Assembly (NCBI GenBank): GCA_964431555.1
Contig: CAYSJW010000033.1
Span: 9,389-73,388 of the forward strand
Direction: 5' to 3'
Length of the DNA stretch: 64,000 bases
Source of the DNA: an uncultured Gammaproteobacteria bacterium
GTDB taxonomy: Bacteria > Patescibacteriota > Microgenomatia > UBA8517
Part shown: piece by piece, positions 48,471 to 59,037 of the stretch
Layout of the letters: each line of letters begins with the position of its first letter
How positions within the stretch are numbered: position 1 is the stretch's first letter
Program-made: the position numbers and the translations under genes
The notes under the pieces: generated by a model
Databases searched by the model: none
What the model was told of the DNA's origin: nothing
Seen by the model: the letters and a program-made list of their open reading frames with translations, nothing else

Positions 48471-49565
48471 ATGACAAATTTTTTAAGTAATGAAAATACA
48501 AAATCTTCATCTTCTAATGGTTACGAATTACCAAAAAAAATAGCAATACTTTACAGTTTTGTTAAAAGAGAATATTTTCCTACAGAAGCTCAATATATCA
48601 CCGAAAAAGACGCAGAAAAAGATGCAATACTTGTTGCTGAATATGTAAAAAAATTTGGAATAGAAGTAAAGTTATTTCCAGCTAATTCCAATATTGCATT
48701 GTATCTAAGAAAATATAAACCTGATATGGTTATAAATTTGGTTGACTCTATTAAGGGTATCGAAAGTTTACAAAGCGCGATACCCGGAATTTTGGAAATA
48801 TTAGACATTCCATATACAGGCGGAGACATACTAGGTTTGTCACTCACTACTAATAAATTTTTAGTTAAAAAACTTCAAGAACAAAATGGCGTTCCTGTTC
48901 CTCACTATCAGATGTTTAATACCTATAGCGATTATCTTATACCAAGTCTTAGATTTCCACTAATTTCCAAACTAAATGAAATTCATGGAGCCGTAGAAAT
49001 CACCAAAGATGCTGTTTCTGAAAACGAAAAACATTTAAGAGATAGAATTAAATATCTAATCCAAACTTATAAACAACCCGTAATTGTTGAAGAATTCATT
49101 GTAGGCAGAGAAATCACTGCAATTCTCTTAGAAGGATTAAACAAAAAAGTATACTTGGCAGAAAAAGTTTTTCATAAAGAAAACGAAAAATATGTTTTCG
49201 CTACCTTTGAAGACCAATGGATTAACAAAAATCCTGTCTTTGAGTATGTAAAATATGATGATCCAATACTTAGAGAGTATGTGAAAAAAGCTTTTGATGT
49301 CACTAAAATGTATGACTACGCAAAATTTGATATAAGATTAGATCAATCAGGAAGATATTTTTTTATAGACAGTAATTGTAACCCTGCCTTTGGCCCCAAA
49401 GAAGCAGATGTTGCAATTTCAAATATTTTATCACTATATGGAATTTCCTTTTCCGAAATATTAAAACGTTTATTACTTAACACAATGCGTGATGCTCAAG
49501 GCAAAGAAAGATTACCAGTTCCTGACACATTTCAAAATCAATTACAAGGTAATAACTTTTTATAA
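48471..49565 (+). CDS. ATP-grasp domain protein (D-Ala-D-Ala ligase-like fold)
   Basis: N-terminal Rossmann-like pre-ATP-grasp region (KIAILYS.). Central ATP-grasp region. The Ddl SxEhevS signature is not evident. Confidence 0.45.
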   Translation: MTNFLSNENTKSSSSNGYELPKKIAILYSFVKREYFPTEAQYITEKDAEKDAILVAEYVKKFGIEVKLFPANSNIALYLRKYKPDMVINLVDSIKGIESLQSAIPGILEILDIPYTGGDILGLSLTTNKFLVKKLQEQNGVPVPHYQMFNTYSDYLIPSLRFPLISKLNEIHGAVEITKDAVSENEKHLRDRIKYLIQTYKQPVIVEEFIVGREITAILLEGLNKKVYLAEKVFHKENEKYVFATFEDQWINKNPVFEYVKYDDPILREYVKKAFDVTKMYDYAKFDIRLDQSGRYFFIDSNCNPAFGPKEADVAISNILSLYGISFSEILKRLLLNTMRDAQGKERLPVPDTFQNQLQGNNFL

Positions 49566-50044
49566 ATTTTAATCTTTTCTTTAAGACTTATCTTTGCAAA
49601 ACGAGGAGAAGGAGATGGTAAAGAAAAAATTGATATTTTAGGATATTTCAGAATTAATCCTTTAAAATTCTTCCTAAACAATTTTTCAACATATAAACTG
49701 GTAAAAAATATTTTTTCTATCGGATTATTCCTTATAATATTTTTGATTTCCACTATATTGTATTTTATCACCTTAAGATTCTCATCAGAATTATTATTCT
49801 TTATTCTTTCACACTCTGAAATAATATCAGCTATCGCAATTTTTAAATCAATAAGAAATCTTTTCTTATCTTTTATATTATTTAATTTTTTATCATAAAC
49901 TTTTTCCATTATCTTCCAGAATTGATTTATCCTTCCACCATAATACCAATCACCCCTTAAACCTTCTTTGCCAGGGAAACTTCCTAATATCAAAAATTTG
50001 GATTTTTGAGGTACAAAACTTCCGAAGGGATGTTTTTCTATCAT
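49538..50044 (-). CDS. uracil-DNA glycosylase superfamily protein (family 6/HDG-like?)
   Basis: FLILGSFPG motif A-like region early in the protein. 168 aa. Confidence 0.45.
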   Translation of the reverse strand: MIEKHPFGSFVPQKSKFLILGSFPGKEGLRGDWYYGGRINQFWKIMEKVYDKKLNNIKDKKRFLIDLKIAIADIISECERIKNNNSDENLKVIKYNIVEIKNIIRNNPIEKIFFTSLYVEKLFRKNFKGLILKYPKISIFSLPSPSPRFAKISLKEKIKIYKKLLPCN

Positions 50045-50079
50045 TAAAACACCGTAAAATAAAATTACCTATAATTTTG

Positions 50080-50151
50080 AGCGGTGGACCGGATTTGAAC
50101 CGGCGACCTTCTCCTTGGCAAGGAGACATTCTACCACTGAACTACCACCGC
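50080..50151 (-). tRNA. tRNA-Gly (anticodon GCC)
   Basis: Acceptor GCGGTGG/CCACCGC. Anticodon loop TTGCCAA. Confidence 0.8.
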
Positions 50152-50159
50152 TTATTATG

Positions 50160-50232
50160 TGCCGAGAGTGTGAGTCGAACACACATCTGACGCTCTTCAG
50201 GCGCCCGCCGTGACCACCTTGGCTATCTCGGC
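50160..50232 (-). tRNA. tRNA-Phe (anticodon GAA)
   Basis: Acceptor GCCGAGA/TCTCGGC. Anticodon stem GGCGC/GCGTC with loop CTGAAGA. Confidence 0.8.
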
Positions 50233-50303
50233 AAACTCTATATATTTTATCAGATCTTACAAGCAAAAATTATATATAAAAACCTAATATATACTCAAAA
50301 TTG

Positions 50304-50377
50304 TGGGCTTGTCAGGATTCGAACCTGAGACCTTACGGATGTAAGCCGTACGCTCTAACCAACTGAGCTACAAGCCC
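50304..50377 (-). tRNA. tRNA-Val (anticodon TAC)
   Basis: Acceptor GGGCTTG/CAAGCCC. Anticodon loop CTTACAT. Confidence 0.8.
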
Positions 50378-50498
50378 TTAAATCTTTTTTCACAATTTAA
50401 GGAAAATTAACTTATTTAAAACTTTAAATATTATACAAAAAACTAATAAAAATTATAAGATAAGATAAAACAGGATAGGATAAAATCCTTTTAGAATA

Positions 50499-53060
50499 TC
50501 AACTTTCATATTTCATAAAAAATCTTTTTTTAACCAACTCCGTAACATAAAAATAAGCAAAAAGATCAAAAATTATTAAAAACCAAATTATTTTCGGGAT
50601 TTTTGCAAAACTAAAAATAGAAATTTCAAATATTGCCAAAAATACAACGGATAGTATAGAAATTACACTTAACCAAAAAAGCCACTTACTTGGCTTACTC
50701 TTATAAAAGGGGAGTTTTGTCCTTATAGCAAAGGTAACCAACATCTCGGAAATTGATGATTGAACAAACCAGGCTGTTTGAAAAACACTAGGACTTACCT
50801 TAAACAAAAAAGCCATGGGGATTATCAAACATAAATCAAAAACAGAACTTATAAAACCAAAGTAAATCATAAAATTTTTTATGTAATTTAAATTCCATTT
50901 ATTTGGTTTCTGAGTAAATCCTTCATCAACATTGTCAGTAGCTATCGCAAATAAGGGTATATCACTAATAAGATTATTCAACAAAATTTGTTTTGGAAGA
51001 AGAGGAATAAAATTCAAAAACAGCGAAGATAATGCGACGGTGAACATATTTCCAAAATTCGCTGAAATAGTATTTAAAATATATTTCATAATATTACCAA
51101 AAGTTTTTCTGCCAGCTTCAATTCCATCGACTAAAACTTTTAAATCTTTTTGCAAAAGAATTATATCCGAAGCTTCTTTGGCCACATCCGTACCAGTATC
51201 AACGGTAATTCCAACATCAGATTCTTTTAATGCAGGTGCATCATTGACACCATCTCCTAAAAAACCCACAATATGTCCCTCATAATTCAAAACTTTAACG
51301 ATTTCATATTTTTGAATTGGCGATACTCTTGCAAATACAATACAACTTTTCGCATAATCCACAAATTCATCACGAGTGCAATTTTTTAATTCATCACCTG
51401 TGATAACTTCATTATCAGAAAACTCTATTCCAGATTCCTTTGCAATACTTTTTGTAACAGTCAAACTATCTCCACTTAAAATCTTTAAAGATATACCCAT
51501 ATCCAAAAACTTCTCAATGGCTACTTTAGTCGTAGTTTTAATCGGATCTTTAAAAAGAATAATTCCCAGATAAATCAATTCTTTTTCGTCACTTGAATTT
51601 GATTTTTTTATATCACAATATCTTAAAGCCAAAGATATAGCTCTTAATCCTCTTTTTTCATATTTTTTAACCTCGTTTAGAATAAATTTTTTAATTTTCT
51701 CCGATAATTTTAATTTTTTGTTATCCTTATAATAAAAGCTTGAAATACTAATTATTGATTCTGGTGAACCTTTAACTATTAAAAAAGTCTCGTCACCACT
51801 TTTTACCAAAACACTCATCCTTCTTCTTTCATAATCAAATTCATTTTCATCAATAACCTTATACTTACTCATCTCATTTTTATAACTTCTGGCAAAATAG
51901 CTCTCCCAGATAGCTCTATCTGTTGGATTTAATTTTTGGCCAATTTTACTTTCAGAAGCTCCTTCAGTACAAAGCATAGAATAAATAATTAATTTTTTAT
52001 CTCTTATTCCATCATTATTTTTATAATCAAAAAGAGTAAAATTTCCTTCCGTCAAAGTACCTGTTTTATCCATACACAGCGTATTTATATTTCCAAAATC
52101 CTCAACAGCTGCCAATTTCTTAACAACAACCTTTTTTTTTGCCATTTTAATAGCTCCTTGAGACAGAGTTACTGTGATTATTGCTGGAAGCATTTCAGGA
52201 GCAATTCCTACAGCCAAAGCTATGGCAAACATAAAAGAAGAAAATATACCTTTATTTAAAATAGCGTTAGATAAAAAAATAAAAACTGTCATCAAAATTA
52301 TCAAACGAAAAAGAAACCTACTAAATTTAGATATTTGTATCTGAAAATCTGTTTCCGGTTCGTTTTCTTTAACAACCTTTACAATTTTTCCAAATTGAGT
52401 TCTTAAACCAGTTTCAACAACCACCCCAAGAGCATTTCCTTCGACAACAGATGTTCCCATGAAGACCATATTCTTCATATCTGAAATCAAAGAATCTGGG
52501 GAAATTATTACGTCTGCTTCCTTGATTACTGGAAAAGATTCACCAGTCAATATCGCCTCATTAAGTGATAAAGCATCAGTTTTTATAAGCCTTATATCCG
52601 CCGGTACTATGTCTCCTATGTGTAGTGAAACTATGTCACCTGGAACAATATATTCATGTTCTATCCTAGATAATCTACCGCTTCTAAAAACATTAGAATA
52701 TCGCTTTACATATTTTTTAAGTTTTACTAGAGTTCTTTCAGCTTTATATTCTTGATAAAATCCGAATAAAGCAGAAAGAACAACAAGTAAAATAATTACT
52801 ATCGAATCTATTTTCTCACCTAATATGAGAGAAACAACTGAAGCAAATATTAATACAAGAGTAAGCCAATTTTTAAATTGAGAAATAAGTACTTTAAAAA
52901 AAGAAAGTTTTTTTTCTTCGCCAAAATTATTTAAACCATAGATCTTCAAACGCTTATAGGCTTCATCATCTGACAATCCACTTCTTTTTGTATCAAATTC
53001 TCTTAATACAGAATTAATATCTTTACTACACCATTTATTATCAAAACCTTTTTCATTCAT
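50499..53060 (-). CDS. cation-transporting P-type ATPase (P2/P3-like, Ca2+/Mg2+ type)
   Basis: LTGESFPV, DKTGTLTEGN (phosphorylation site), GDGVNDAPALK hinge. 853 aa with about 10 TM helices. Confidence 0.9.
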   Translation of the reverse strand: MNEKGFDNKWCSKDINSVLREFDTKRSGLSDDEAYKRLKIYGLNNFGEEKKLSFFKVLISQFKNWLTLVLIFASVVSLILGEKIDSIVIILLVVLSALFGFYQEYKAERTLVKLKKYVKRYSNVFRSGRLSRIEHEYIVPGDIVSLHIGDIVPADIRLIKTDALSLNEAILTGESFPVIKEADVIISPDSLISDMKNMVFMGTSVVEGNALGVVVETGLRTQFGKIVKVVKENEPETDFQIQISKFSRFLFRLIILMTVFIFLSNAILNKGIFSSFMFAIALAVGIAPEMLPAIITVTLSQGAIKMAKKKVVVKKLAAVEDFGNINTLCMDKTGTLTEGNFTLFDYKNNDGIRDKKLIIYSMLCTEGASESKIGQKLNPTDRAIWESYFARSYKNEMSKYKVIDENEFDYERRRMSVLVKSGDETFLIVKGSPESIISISSFYYKDNKKLKLSEKIKKFILNEVKKYEKRGLRAISLALRYCDIKKSNSSDEKELIYLGIILFKDPIKTTTKVAIEKFLDMGISLKILSGDSLTVTKSIAKESGIEFSDNEVITGDELKNCTRDEFVDYAKSCIVFARVSPIQKYEIVKVLNYEGHIVGFLGDGVNDAPALKESDVGITVDTGTDVAKEASDIILLQKDLKVLVDGIEAGRKTFGNIMKYILNTISANFGNMFTVALSSLFLNFIPLLPKQILLNNLISDIPLFAIATDNVDEGFTQKPNKWNLNYIKNFMIYFGFISSVFDLCLIIPMAFLFKVSPSVFQTAWFVQSSISEMLVTFAIRTKLPFYKSKPSKWLFWLSVISILSVVFLAIFEISIFSFAKIPKIIWFLIIFDLFAYFYVTELVKKRFFMKYES

Positions 53061-53127
53061 GCTCTTATCTAATAATACAACATGAAGAGTTATTAGAAAA
53101 TGAAGTTATTAATTTTTTAATTTTTTG

Positions 53128-53209
53128 TGCGCGGGACAGGACTTGAACCTGCACGCCTTACGGCACAGCCTCCTCAAGACTGCGTGTATACCAATTTCAC
53201 CACCCGCGC
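53128..53209 (-). tRNA. tRNA-Leu (anticodon GAG), class II
   Basis: Acceptor GCGCGGG/CCCGCGC. Anticodon stem CAGTC/GGCTG with loop TTGAGGA. Variable arm GCC-GTAA-GGC. Confidence 0.75.
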
Positions 53210-53247
53210 ATACAGCAAACTATATATAACCAAAAAACTCTACAGTG

Positions 53248-53333
53248 TGCCGAAGAGAGGATTTGAACCTCCACGCTCATATTCGAGCACACGCTCCTGA
53301 AGCGTGCCTGTCTGCCAATTCCAGCACTTCGGC
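53248..53333 (-). tRNA. tRNA-Leu (anticodon CAG), class II
   Basis: Acceptor GCCGAAG/CTTCGGC. Anticodon stem CACGC/GCGTG with loop TTCAGGA. Long variable arm. Confidence 0.8.
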
Positions 53334-53488
53334 TTACTAAATCTCTTAAAACACATAAAATAAAAATACTTAAATATTATTCAGTTTTATATCTCTAAAA
53401 ATTAAACCTAACCTCAAATTGCTTATGAGAATCATTCAATTATATCATTTTAATGCAGCCACATAAATCCTAAAATACAATAAATCAT

Positions 53489-54745
53489 ATGAAAAAATAC
53501 ATTTTTTTAATTACAACTAATATCTTAGTATTTTTAAGCTTTTTTAATCCTTTTTGCGTCTCATCTAAAGTAAACCCTCTTTCCAATCCTAACAATTACT
53601 TCGGAATCCACATTTTGAACGAAAATGACTTAGATGATGCAGCAAAACTCGTAAATTCTAGTGGAGGAGACTGGGGTTATGTAACATTAGTAATCCGTAA
53701 AGATGAACTAAATAAAGATAGGTGGCAAAAAGTATTTGACAAAATGCGCCGTTTACATTTAATTCCAATCGTTAGAATTGCAACAAAACAAATTGAAAAT
53801 TACTGGGAAAAACCAAATCTTAACGAAATTGACGCATGGGTTTCATTTCTCGATTCTCTAAATTGGGTAATTAAAAACCGTTATTTGATAATCGGAAACG
53901 AGCCTAATCATGCAAAAGAATGGGGTAATGAAGTAAATCCTGAAGAATATGCGGACTATTTAATAACATTTTCAGAAAAATTAAAAAATAAATCCGAAAA
54001 CTTTTTTATATTACCAGCAGGACTTGATGCTTCAGCTCAAAGCATAAAAGGATCTATGAGCGAAGATGAATATTTGAAAAAAATGCTATCTCATAAACCT
54101 TCTCTCTTTAACTATATCGACGGTTGGAATTCTCACTCCTACCCAAATCCAGAATTTTCTGGATCAGAATTGGAAAAGGGTAGGGGAACAATTACTACCT
54201 ATGACTGGGAACTTGAATTTTTAAAATCTTTAGGTGTGAATAAAGAATTACCAGTATTTATAACAGAAACAGGATGGGCGCATAATCGTTATGACAAAGT
54301 TTTAGCATATAAAACCCCTGACGAAGTTTCACATAGTTTAAAATTCGCTTTCGAAAATGTCTGGAATGATAAAAGAATCGTTGCTGTTACTCCTTTTGTT
54401 TTAAATTACAAATACCCACCCTTTGACATCTTTTCCTGGCGTAAAAAAGATGGAGGTTTTTATAACTTTTACTATAATATACAAAAAATTCCAAAAATTG
54501 CAGGAAAACCTATTCAGGAAATAAAAGTTAAGCTTATATCTATAATATTTCCTCCAATTATTAAAAAGCATAATAAATTTTATGGTCTTTCTTTTATAAA
54601 AAATGAAGGTCAATCAATTTGGAAATGGGGCGAATTCATCAATGCTTCTAATTGGGGACCTAATATTCAGTTTATTCCCCTTCTATTTTTTTTGAACGGT
54701 GAACCAGGACAGCGAGCACTATCAATCATAAAAGTAGGAAGTTAG
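53489..54745 (+). CDS. secreted clan GH-A glycoside hydrolase (GH5/GH39-like)
   Basis: Signal peptide. IIGNEPNH (acid/base Glu in an NEP context) and FITETGWAHN (nucleophile Glu) about 120 aa apart, as in (beta/alpha)8 retaining glycosidases. Confidence 0.55.
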   Translation: MKKYIFLITTNILVFLSFFNPFCVSSKVNPLSNPNNYFGIHILNENDLDDAAKLVNSSGGDWGYVTLVIRKDELNKDRWQKVFDKMRRLHLIPIVRIATKQIENYWEKPNLNEIDAWVSFLDSLNWVIKNRYLIIGNEPNHAKEWGNEVNPEEYADYLITFSEKLKNKSENFFILPAGLDASAQSIKGSMSEDEYLKKMLSHKPSLFNYIDGWNSHSYPNPEFSGSELEKGRGTITTYDWELEFLKSLGVNKELPVFITETGWAHNRYDKVLAYKTPDEVSHSLKFAFENVWNDKRIVAVTPFVLNYKYPPFDIFSWRKKDGGFYNFYYNIQKIPKIAGKPIQEIKVKLISIIFPPIIKKHNKFYGLSFIKNEGQSIWKWGEFINASNWGPNIQFIPLLFFLNGEPGQRALSIIKVGS

Positions 54746-55110
54746 ATAATTTTTGATTTTATATTTATCTGTCTAAAAATGTATTTATAAGCATCTAATA
54801 CCCAAGTATTGGCACAAGAAACAATTAAAAAAAGTGCATCCATCAGTTGATTTTTATAAAATGCTTCATTAAAAAGTTTATTTATAATTTTTTATCTTTA
54901 AATAAAACAAAAAGAAAACTTTTAAAATTTCGGTTGATGATTATTTTTTTCTGCTTTAAGAATTCTTTTGATTAAATAATTTAAAACCTCTCTCTGCTTA
55001 AATTTTCATACACAATGTCTTTTTTTCAACGACTTCAAAAAATTTACAAATATTAAAAAATAAATCAATTTACAAAATTTAATTTATCCAAAAAACATTT
55101 CAATATCTTT

Positions 55111-56502
55111 TTAATAAACGAAACTTATTATTTTTATCATAATATATTTCATATATTTTAAAATATATTTTAATAGAAAAAACAAACCTGATAACTGAAA
55201 TAAGGTAAAAAAGAAAGATAGGTGAACATAATAACGCATCCAGTCTAAAATAAGATAATAATTCATAAATAAAAGTATTATTAAAAAGGAAGTAATAATT
55301 ATAATAGCCATTACATATTTCTGTAAAACAAGTTTTATTGTGTAAATCATTCCCAATAAAAATAAAAGAAAAAGATAAACTCCATAATTTTTTATTAAAT
55401 TCAATCGATTAAATATCTTTATACCATTGAAGATTTTCGTGTATCCAGAAAAATAGAAATTCTCAAATATTTTCTTTATACTTTTTCCACGTTCAATCGA
55501 AGCTTCAGGATTATATATTCTCTCATAGATAGCTGTACTGTTTCTATGTTCAAACATATATTTAATATTTTTAAAAGGATTTGAATAAGTAAAAGGATTC
55601 AAACCTACAAAAATTACTAATCCTAAAAACAAAGAAAAAATATTCCAAAGAATATTTGAAACTTTTTTTTCCTTAAAAAGGATAAGGATCAAAGTATTTA
55701 CAAATGTAAATATAATAAACATAAAAGAACCGTTTAATTTGGTTGACATACACAGTGAAGAAAATAAAGAGAATAAAATCAAATATAAAATATTTCTATT
55801 CTTTTCGAAATAAAGAACCATAAAATAAAGTGACGCGTTAAAAGTTAAAAGAAAAAGAGCTTCTGAATATGCTTTTAACCCTGTTTCTATAATTAAAGAA
55901 TTGTACCCGTAAAGTATTGAAAAAATTATTGAAAAAATAAATCCTTTGAATTTTAATGCTAAAAAGTAGGCAATAATAACCGCTCCGGATAACAAAAATA
56001 CGTTAAGAATTCTAGCGTATAAAATTAAATTAACAGTTTTTCTACTTTCAATACCATATTTTGCAACCCAATCCTCAAGATAACCAATCATTGCACCATC
56101 ATATTTAACAAAATTATAAATACTCTTATATTCAAGAGGTGCACTATCATAATCTTCTTGAATAAAATAAAATCCATTCTTAATCAAAAACTGATTATAG
56201 TCGATAGGTTTTGAATCTTTCGCTTTATTGAGAAGATATATAGGATAAAGCCAAGCACCAAAAGCATATTCAGCAAGTTTAGGTTGATCAAATGATTTAT
56301 AATTTTTCCAAACTTCATTACCAAAATCTCCATTTATAAAATAAACAAAAAAATTACTTCTATCTACCCAATATACTTCATCCCAATATGAAACCGGTAG
56401 TAACTTATTAAAATAACCGTAGCTATAAACAAGTACTAAAAAAAATAGATAGGGAAAAATTAAAGTTTTAAACAAAGATTTACTAAAAACATATTTTATC
56501 AT
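55111..56502 (-). CDS. polytopic membrane protein, possible GT-C/GT39-like glycosyltransferase
   Basis: 463 aa with 11 or more TM helices. An extracytoplasmic loop early in the protein contains acidic residues (YWDEVYWVDR), as in GT-C enzymes. Confidence 0.35.
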   Translation of the reverse strand: MIKYVFSKSLFKTLIFPYLFFLVLVYSYGYFNKLLPVSYWDEVYWVDRSNFFVYFINGDFGNEVWKNYKSFDQPKLAEYAFGAWLYPIYLLNKAKDSKPIDYNQFLIKNGFYFIQEDYDSAPLEYKSIYNFVKYDGAMIGYLEDWVAKYGIESRKTVNLILYARILNVFLLSGAVIIAYFLALKFKGFIFSIIFSILYGYNSLIIETGLKAYSEALFLLTFNASLYFMVLYFEKNRNILYLILFSLFSSLCMSTKLNGSFMFIIFTFVNTLILILFKEKKVSNILWNIFSLFLGLVIFVGLNPFTYSNPFKNIKYMFEHRNSTAIYERIYNPEASIERGKSIKKIFENFYFSGYTKIFNGIKIFNRLNLIKNYGVYLFLLFLLGMIYTIKLVLQKYVMAIIIITSFLIILLFMNYYLILDWMRYYVHLSFFFTLFQLSGLFFLLKYILKYMKYIMIKIISFVY

Positions 56503-56704
56503 ATAAACATCTTAACTCAAAAATAATAAAAGTAGTTATTGTAAATCTTAGCTGATATTATCTATCTTCGGTAATATAAATGTCTTAAATTTTTATCTGT
56601 ATCTTTAATTTTTAAATTTGATCTTATTAAATCTAATTTTAATAGCTTTTTAAGATTAATAAAGTCATATGAAGTACTTCTTGCTACCTTGAAAATTCTT
56701 GATG

Positions 56705-56776
56705 TGAGCCCAGAGGGATTCGAACCCCCAACCAACTCCTTAAGAGGGAGCTGCTCTACCATTGAGCTATGGGCCC
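56705..56776 (-). tRNA. tRNA-Lys (anticodon CTT)
   Basis: Acceptor GGGCCCA/TGGGCTC. Anticodon loop CTCTTAA. Confidence 0.8.
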
Positions 56777-56913
56777 ATAAATTTATGAGATTTAATTTTA
56801 ATAATTTAAACAATTTTATTTAATTAAAAACAAACAATAATTAATTTTATCAAATCATTAAAACAAATTCACACCCACAACTTGACTTTATAATCTTAAA
56901 TATGTAATTCTGA

Positions 56914-57579
56914 TTGATAATAGCTAAAAGTACAAATATACATACGTTATCTACCGTGGAAAATAAAAACTTAGAAAAGGAGTCAATATCAAGAAAATTG
57001 TTACTAATGGTTATTTTTTTTGTAATAACCCCATTGGCACTCTTTTCCAGTGTAATATCTCTCATAGCTTTAACAGAAAGACATATTTCTAATCTTGATC
57101 AAAACAATAACCTTTTAGAAAAACCAAAACCGGGCTTAAAAGTATTTGCTGCACTTCCACCCAACACATCTTCAATAAATGAAGAAATTATCTCCGCTGA
57201 CGCTCGCCCAGAAATAATCAGAAAATATCTAAAAGAAAGAAATTCTCCTTTAGAAAAATACGCTGAACTACTTGTTCAAACTGCAGACAAATATCAACTA
57301 GATTTTAGATTATTAACTGCAATTGCACAAAAAGAATCAGGACTTTGTCGTATCATTCCTCCAGAAAGCCACAATTGCTGGGGCTGGGGAATACACAGCA
57401 AAGGAACCTTAAGTTTTGACTCCTATGAAGAAGCTATAGAAGCTGTTTCCAAAGGACTAAAAGAAAACTACATAGACAAAGGATATATAACAATAGAACA
57501 AATAATGAAAAAATACGCCCATCCAGAATCAACCACTTGGGCAGAGGGTGTTAATAGGTACATGAAACAAATGGAATAA
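56914..57579 (+). CDS. hypothetical membrane-anchored exported protein (possible lysozyme-like/glucosaminidase-like C-domain)
   Basis: TM helix, then an ...AIAQKESG... segment weakly reminiscent of muramidase-type ESG motifs. Weak call. Confidence 0.3.
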   Translation: MIIAKSTNIHTLSTVENKNLEKESISRKLLLMVIFFVITPLALFSSVISLIALTERHISNLDQNNNLLEKPKPGLKVFAALPPNTSSINEEIISADARPEIIRKYLKERNSPLEKYAELLVQTADKYQLDFRLLTAIAQKESGLCRIIPPESHNCWGWGIHSKGTLSFDSYEEAIEAVSKGLKENYIDKGYITIEQIMKKYAHPESTTWAEGVNRYMKQME

Positions 57580-57828
57580 TCTCTAAAATCTTCTATTTCT
57601 TGACAAAACTAAACTTTTATTTGATAAACCATGTTAAAATTATTTTAATTTAATGAGTCTTAATTTACGTCACAGTTTAAAAACATACTTTATTAAGTTG
57701 CTTTAATTCTTATAAAAAAATATAGCTTTATTATCATCGATTCATACAAATGTGTATTCATTAAAAAAGAAAATCAAAGAAGATAAAATTAAAAATTTAT
57801 ATATACTTCAATCTATCAAACATTAATT

Positions 57829-58584
57829 ATGTCTGCATATTACGATTCATACGATTATCCTTCATATTGGAAGGGTAGAGAATATGAGCATGAAGCTGAA
57901 ATTATGGCTATAAAAAGTTTTATTAATAAAATTCCAAAAATAAATACCATTGTTGAAGTAGGAGCGGGCTATGGAAGACTTGTCCCTTCTTATTATTTTA
58001 GAGCAAAAAAAATCATTCTTTCCGATCCTTCTGCTAGACTTCTCAAAATAGCAAAAAGCAGGCTTAGAAATAAGGGAATAAATTTTATCCAGTCAAGTGT
58101 TGAAAATCTTCATCCTAAAATTAGGCGTAATACAGCGGATTTGGTGATATTTGTTAGAGTAATTCATCATATTCAAAATATAGATTCAGCCCTTAATATT
58201 ATTTCCAAAATAACCAAAAAAGGTGGTTATCTTATACTTGAATTCGCTAATAAAAGACATCTTAAAGCAACCTTATTTGAATTTCTAAAAGGCAATTTTA
58301 CATTTCCCTTGGATATTTTTCCCAAAGAGATAAAAAGTAAAAATAAAAAGACAAAAACAATACCATTTTTAAATTATCATCCTGATATGATTAGAGAAAA
58401 ATTATCTCAACATGGATATAATATTGTTGAACAAAGGTCAGTTTCAAACATTAGAAGTAAATTTATGAAAAAGATTTTCTCATTAGATAATCTATTAATT
58501 CTAGAAAAACTTTTACAAAAACCATTTTCGTACATTCATTTTGGTCCTTCAATCTTTGTACTTGCAAAAAAATGTAGCATATAA
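57829..58584 (+). CDS. class I SAM-dependent methyltransferase
   Basis: Motif I VEVGAGYGRL. Motif II/III spacing consistent with a Rossmann-fold methyltransferase. Confidence 0.8.
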   Translation: MSAYYDSYDYPSYWKGREYEHEAEIMAIKSFINKIPKINTIVEVGAGYGRLVPSYYFRAKKIILSDPSARLLKIAKSRLRNKGINFIQSSVENLHPKIRRNTADLVIFVRVIHHIQNIDSALNIISKITKKGGYLILEFANKRHLKATLFEFLKGNFTFPLDIFPKEIKSKNKKTKTIPFLNYHPDMIREKLSQHGYNIVEQRSVSNIRSKFMKKIFSLDNLLILEKLLQKPFSYIHFGPSIFVLAKKCSI

Positions 58585-58661
58585 TAAATATACTATAACA
58601 ATGTATATAATATTTTTAATAAGAACCTATAATATTATTATTCAGTAATTATTAATAATAT

Positions 58662-58690
58662 TTGACAATCTTATAGTAATGTGTTATAGT
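58662..58690 (+). promoter_or_regulatory. consensus sigma70-type promoter TTGACA-17 nt-TATAGT
   Basis: -35 TTGACA (58662-58667), exact 17-nt spacer, -10 TATAGT (58685-58690). Predicted transcription start near 58697. Confidence 0.6.
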
Positions 58691-58696
58691 ACACTT

Positions 58697-58782
58697 ACGT
58701 TCTGAGGCAAACCAAGTATAACTTGGGTGAGCGCGTCAGAATTTTTCATGACAGGTACTTTAGGGTACCTGTCTTTTTTTTG
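58697..58782 (+). ncRNA. candidate small structured RNA (about 85 nt) ending in an intrinsic terminator
   Basis: Between promoter and terminator, nested helices TTCTGA...TCAGAA and CCAAGT-ATA-ACTTGG. Then the terminator hairpin and U-tract. No coding potential. Confidence 0.5.
58750..58782 (+). terminator. rho-independent terminator GACAGGTAC-TTTAGG-GTACCTGTC followed by T8
   Basis: Perfect 9-bp stem with a 6-nt loop and a run of 8 T. Confidence 0.75.
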
Positions 58783-58793
58783 TAAGATAAATT

Positions 58794-59027
58794 ATGATAA
58801 TAAAATTATTTTCAATAATAATACTTACTTTAATTAAACTTAACTTTCCTGATTTGGCTCCTGCCAACAGTTTTTATGTATCTTCTTTAGCAAAATTAAA
58901 TTTATACCTACAAGATAATGATAGTAATGATGAAATTACAAAAATTTATACATCCCTAAGCAAAAATTGGGCAAATGATGTAAAATATCTTATTAATAAG
59001 ATAGATAGATCAGAAATATTAATATAA
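58794..59027 (+). CDS. hypothetical small protein (77 aa)
   Basis: ORF starts 11 nt after the terminator T-tract with no SD. Doubtful. Confidence 0.2.
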   Translation: MIIKLFSIIILTLIKLNFPDLAPANSFYVSSLAKLNLYLQDNDSNDEITKIYTSLSKNWANDVKYLINKIDRSEILI

Positions 59028-59037
59028 TATTGATAGA

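Noticed and set aside
50069-50266. 65-aa minus-strand ORF
   Set aside because: Lies entirely across tRNA-Gly(GCC) and tRNA-Phe(GAA); GC-rich tRNA sequence read as protein.
54746-55110. 365-nt AT-rich intergenic region examined for ncRNA or repeats
   Set aside because: No promoter/terminator pair, no palindromes or periodicity noticed. Looks like ordinary spacer between convergent/divergent genes.
56562-56813. 83-aa minus-strand ORF
   Set aside because: Overlaps tRNA-Lys(CTT); spurious.
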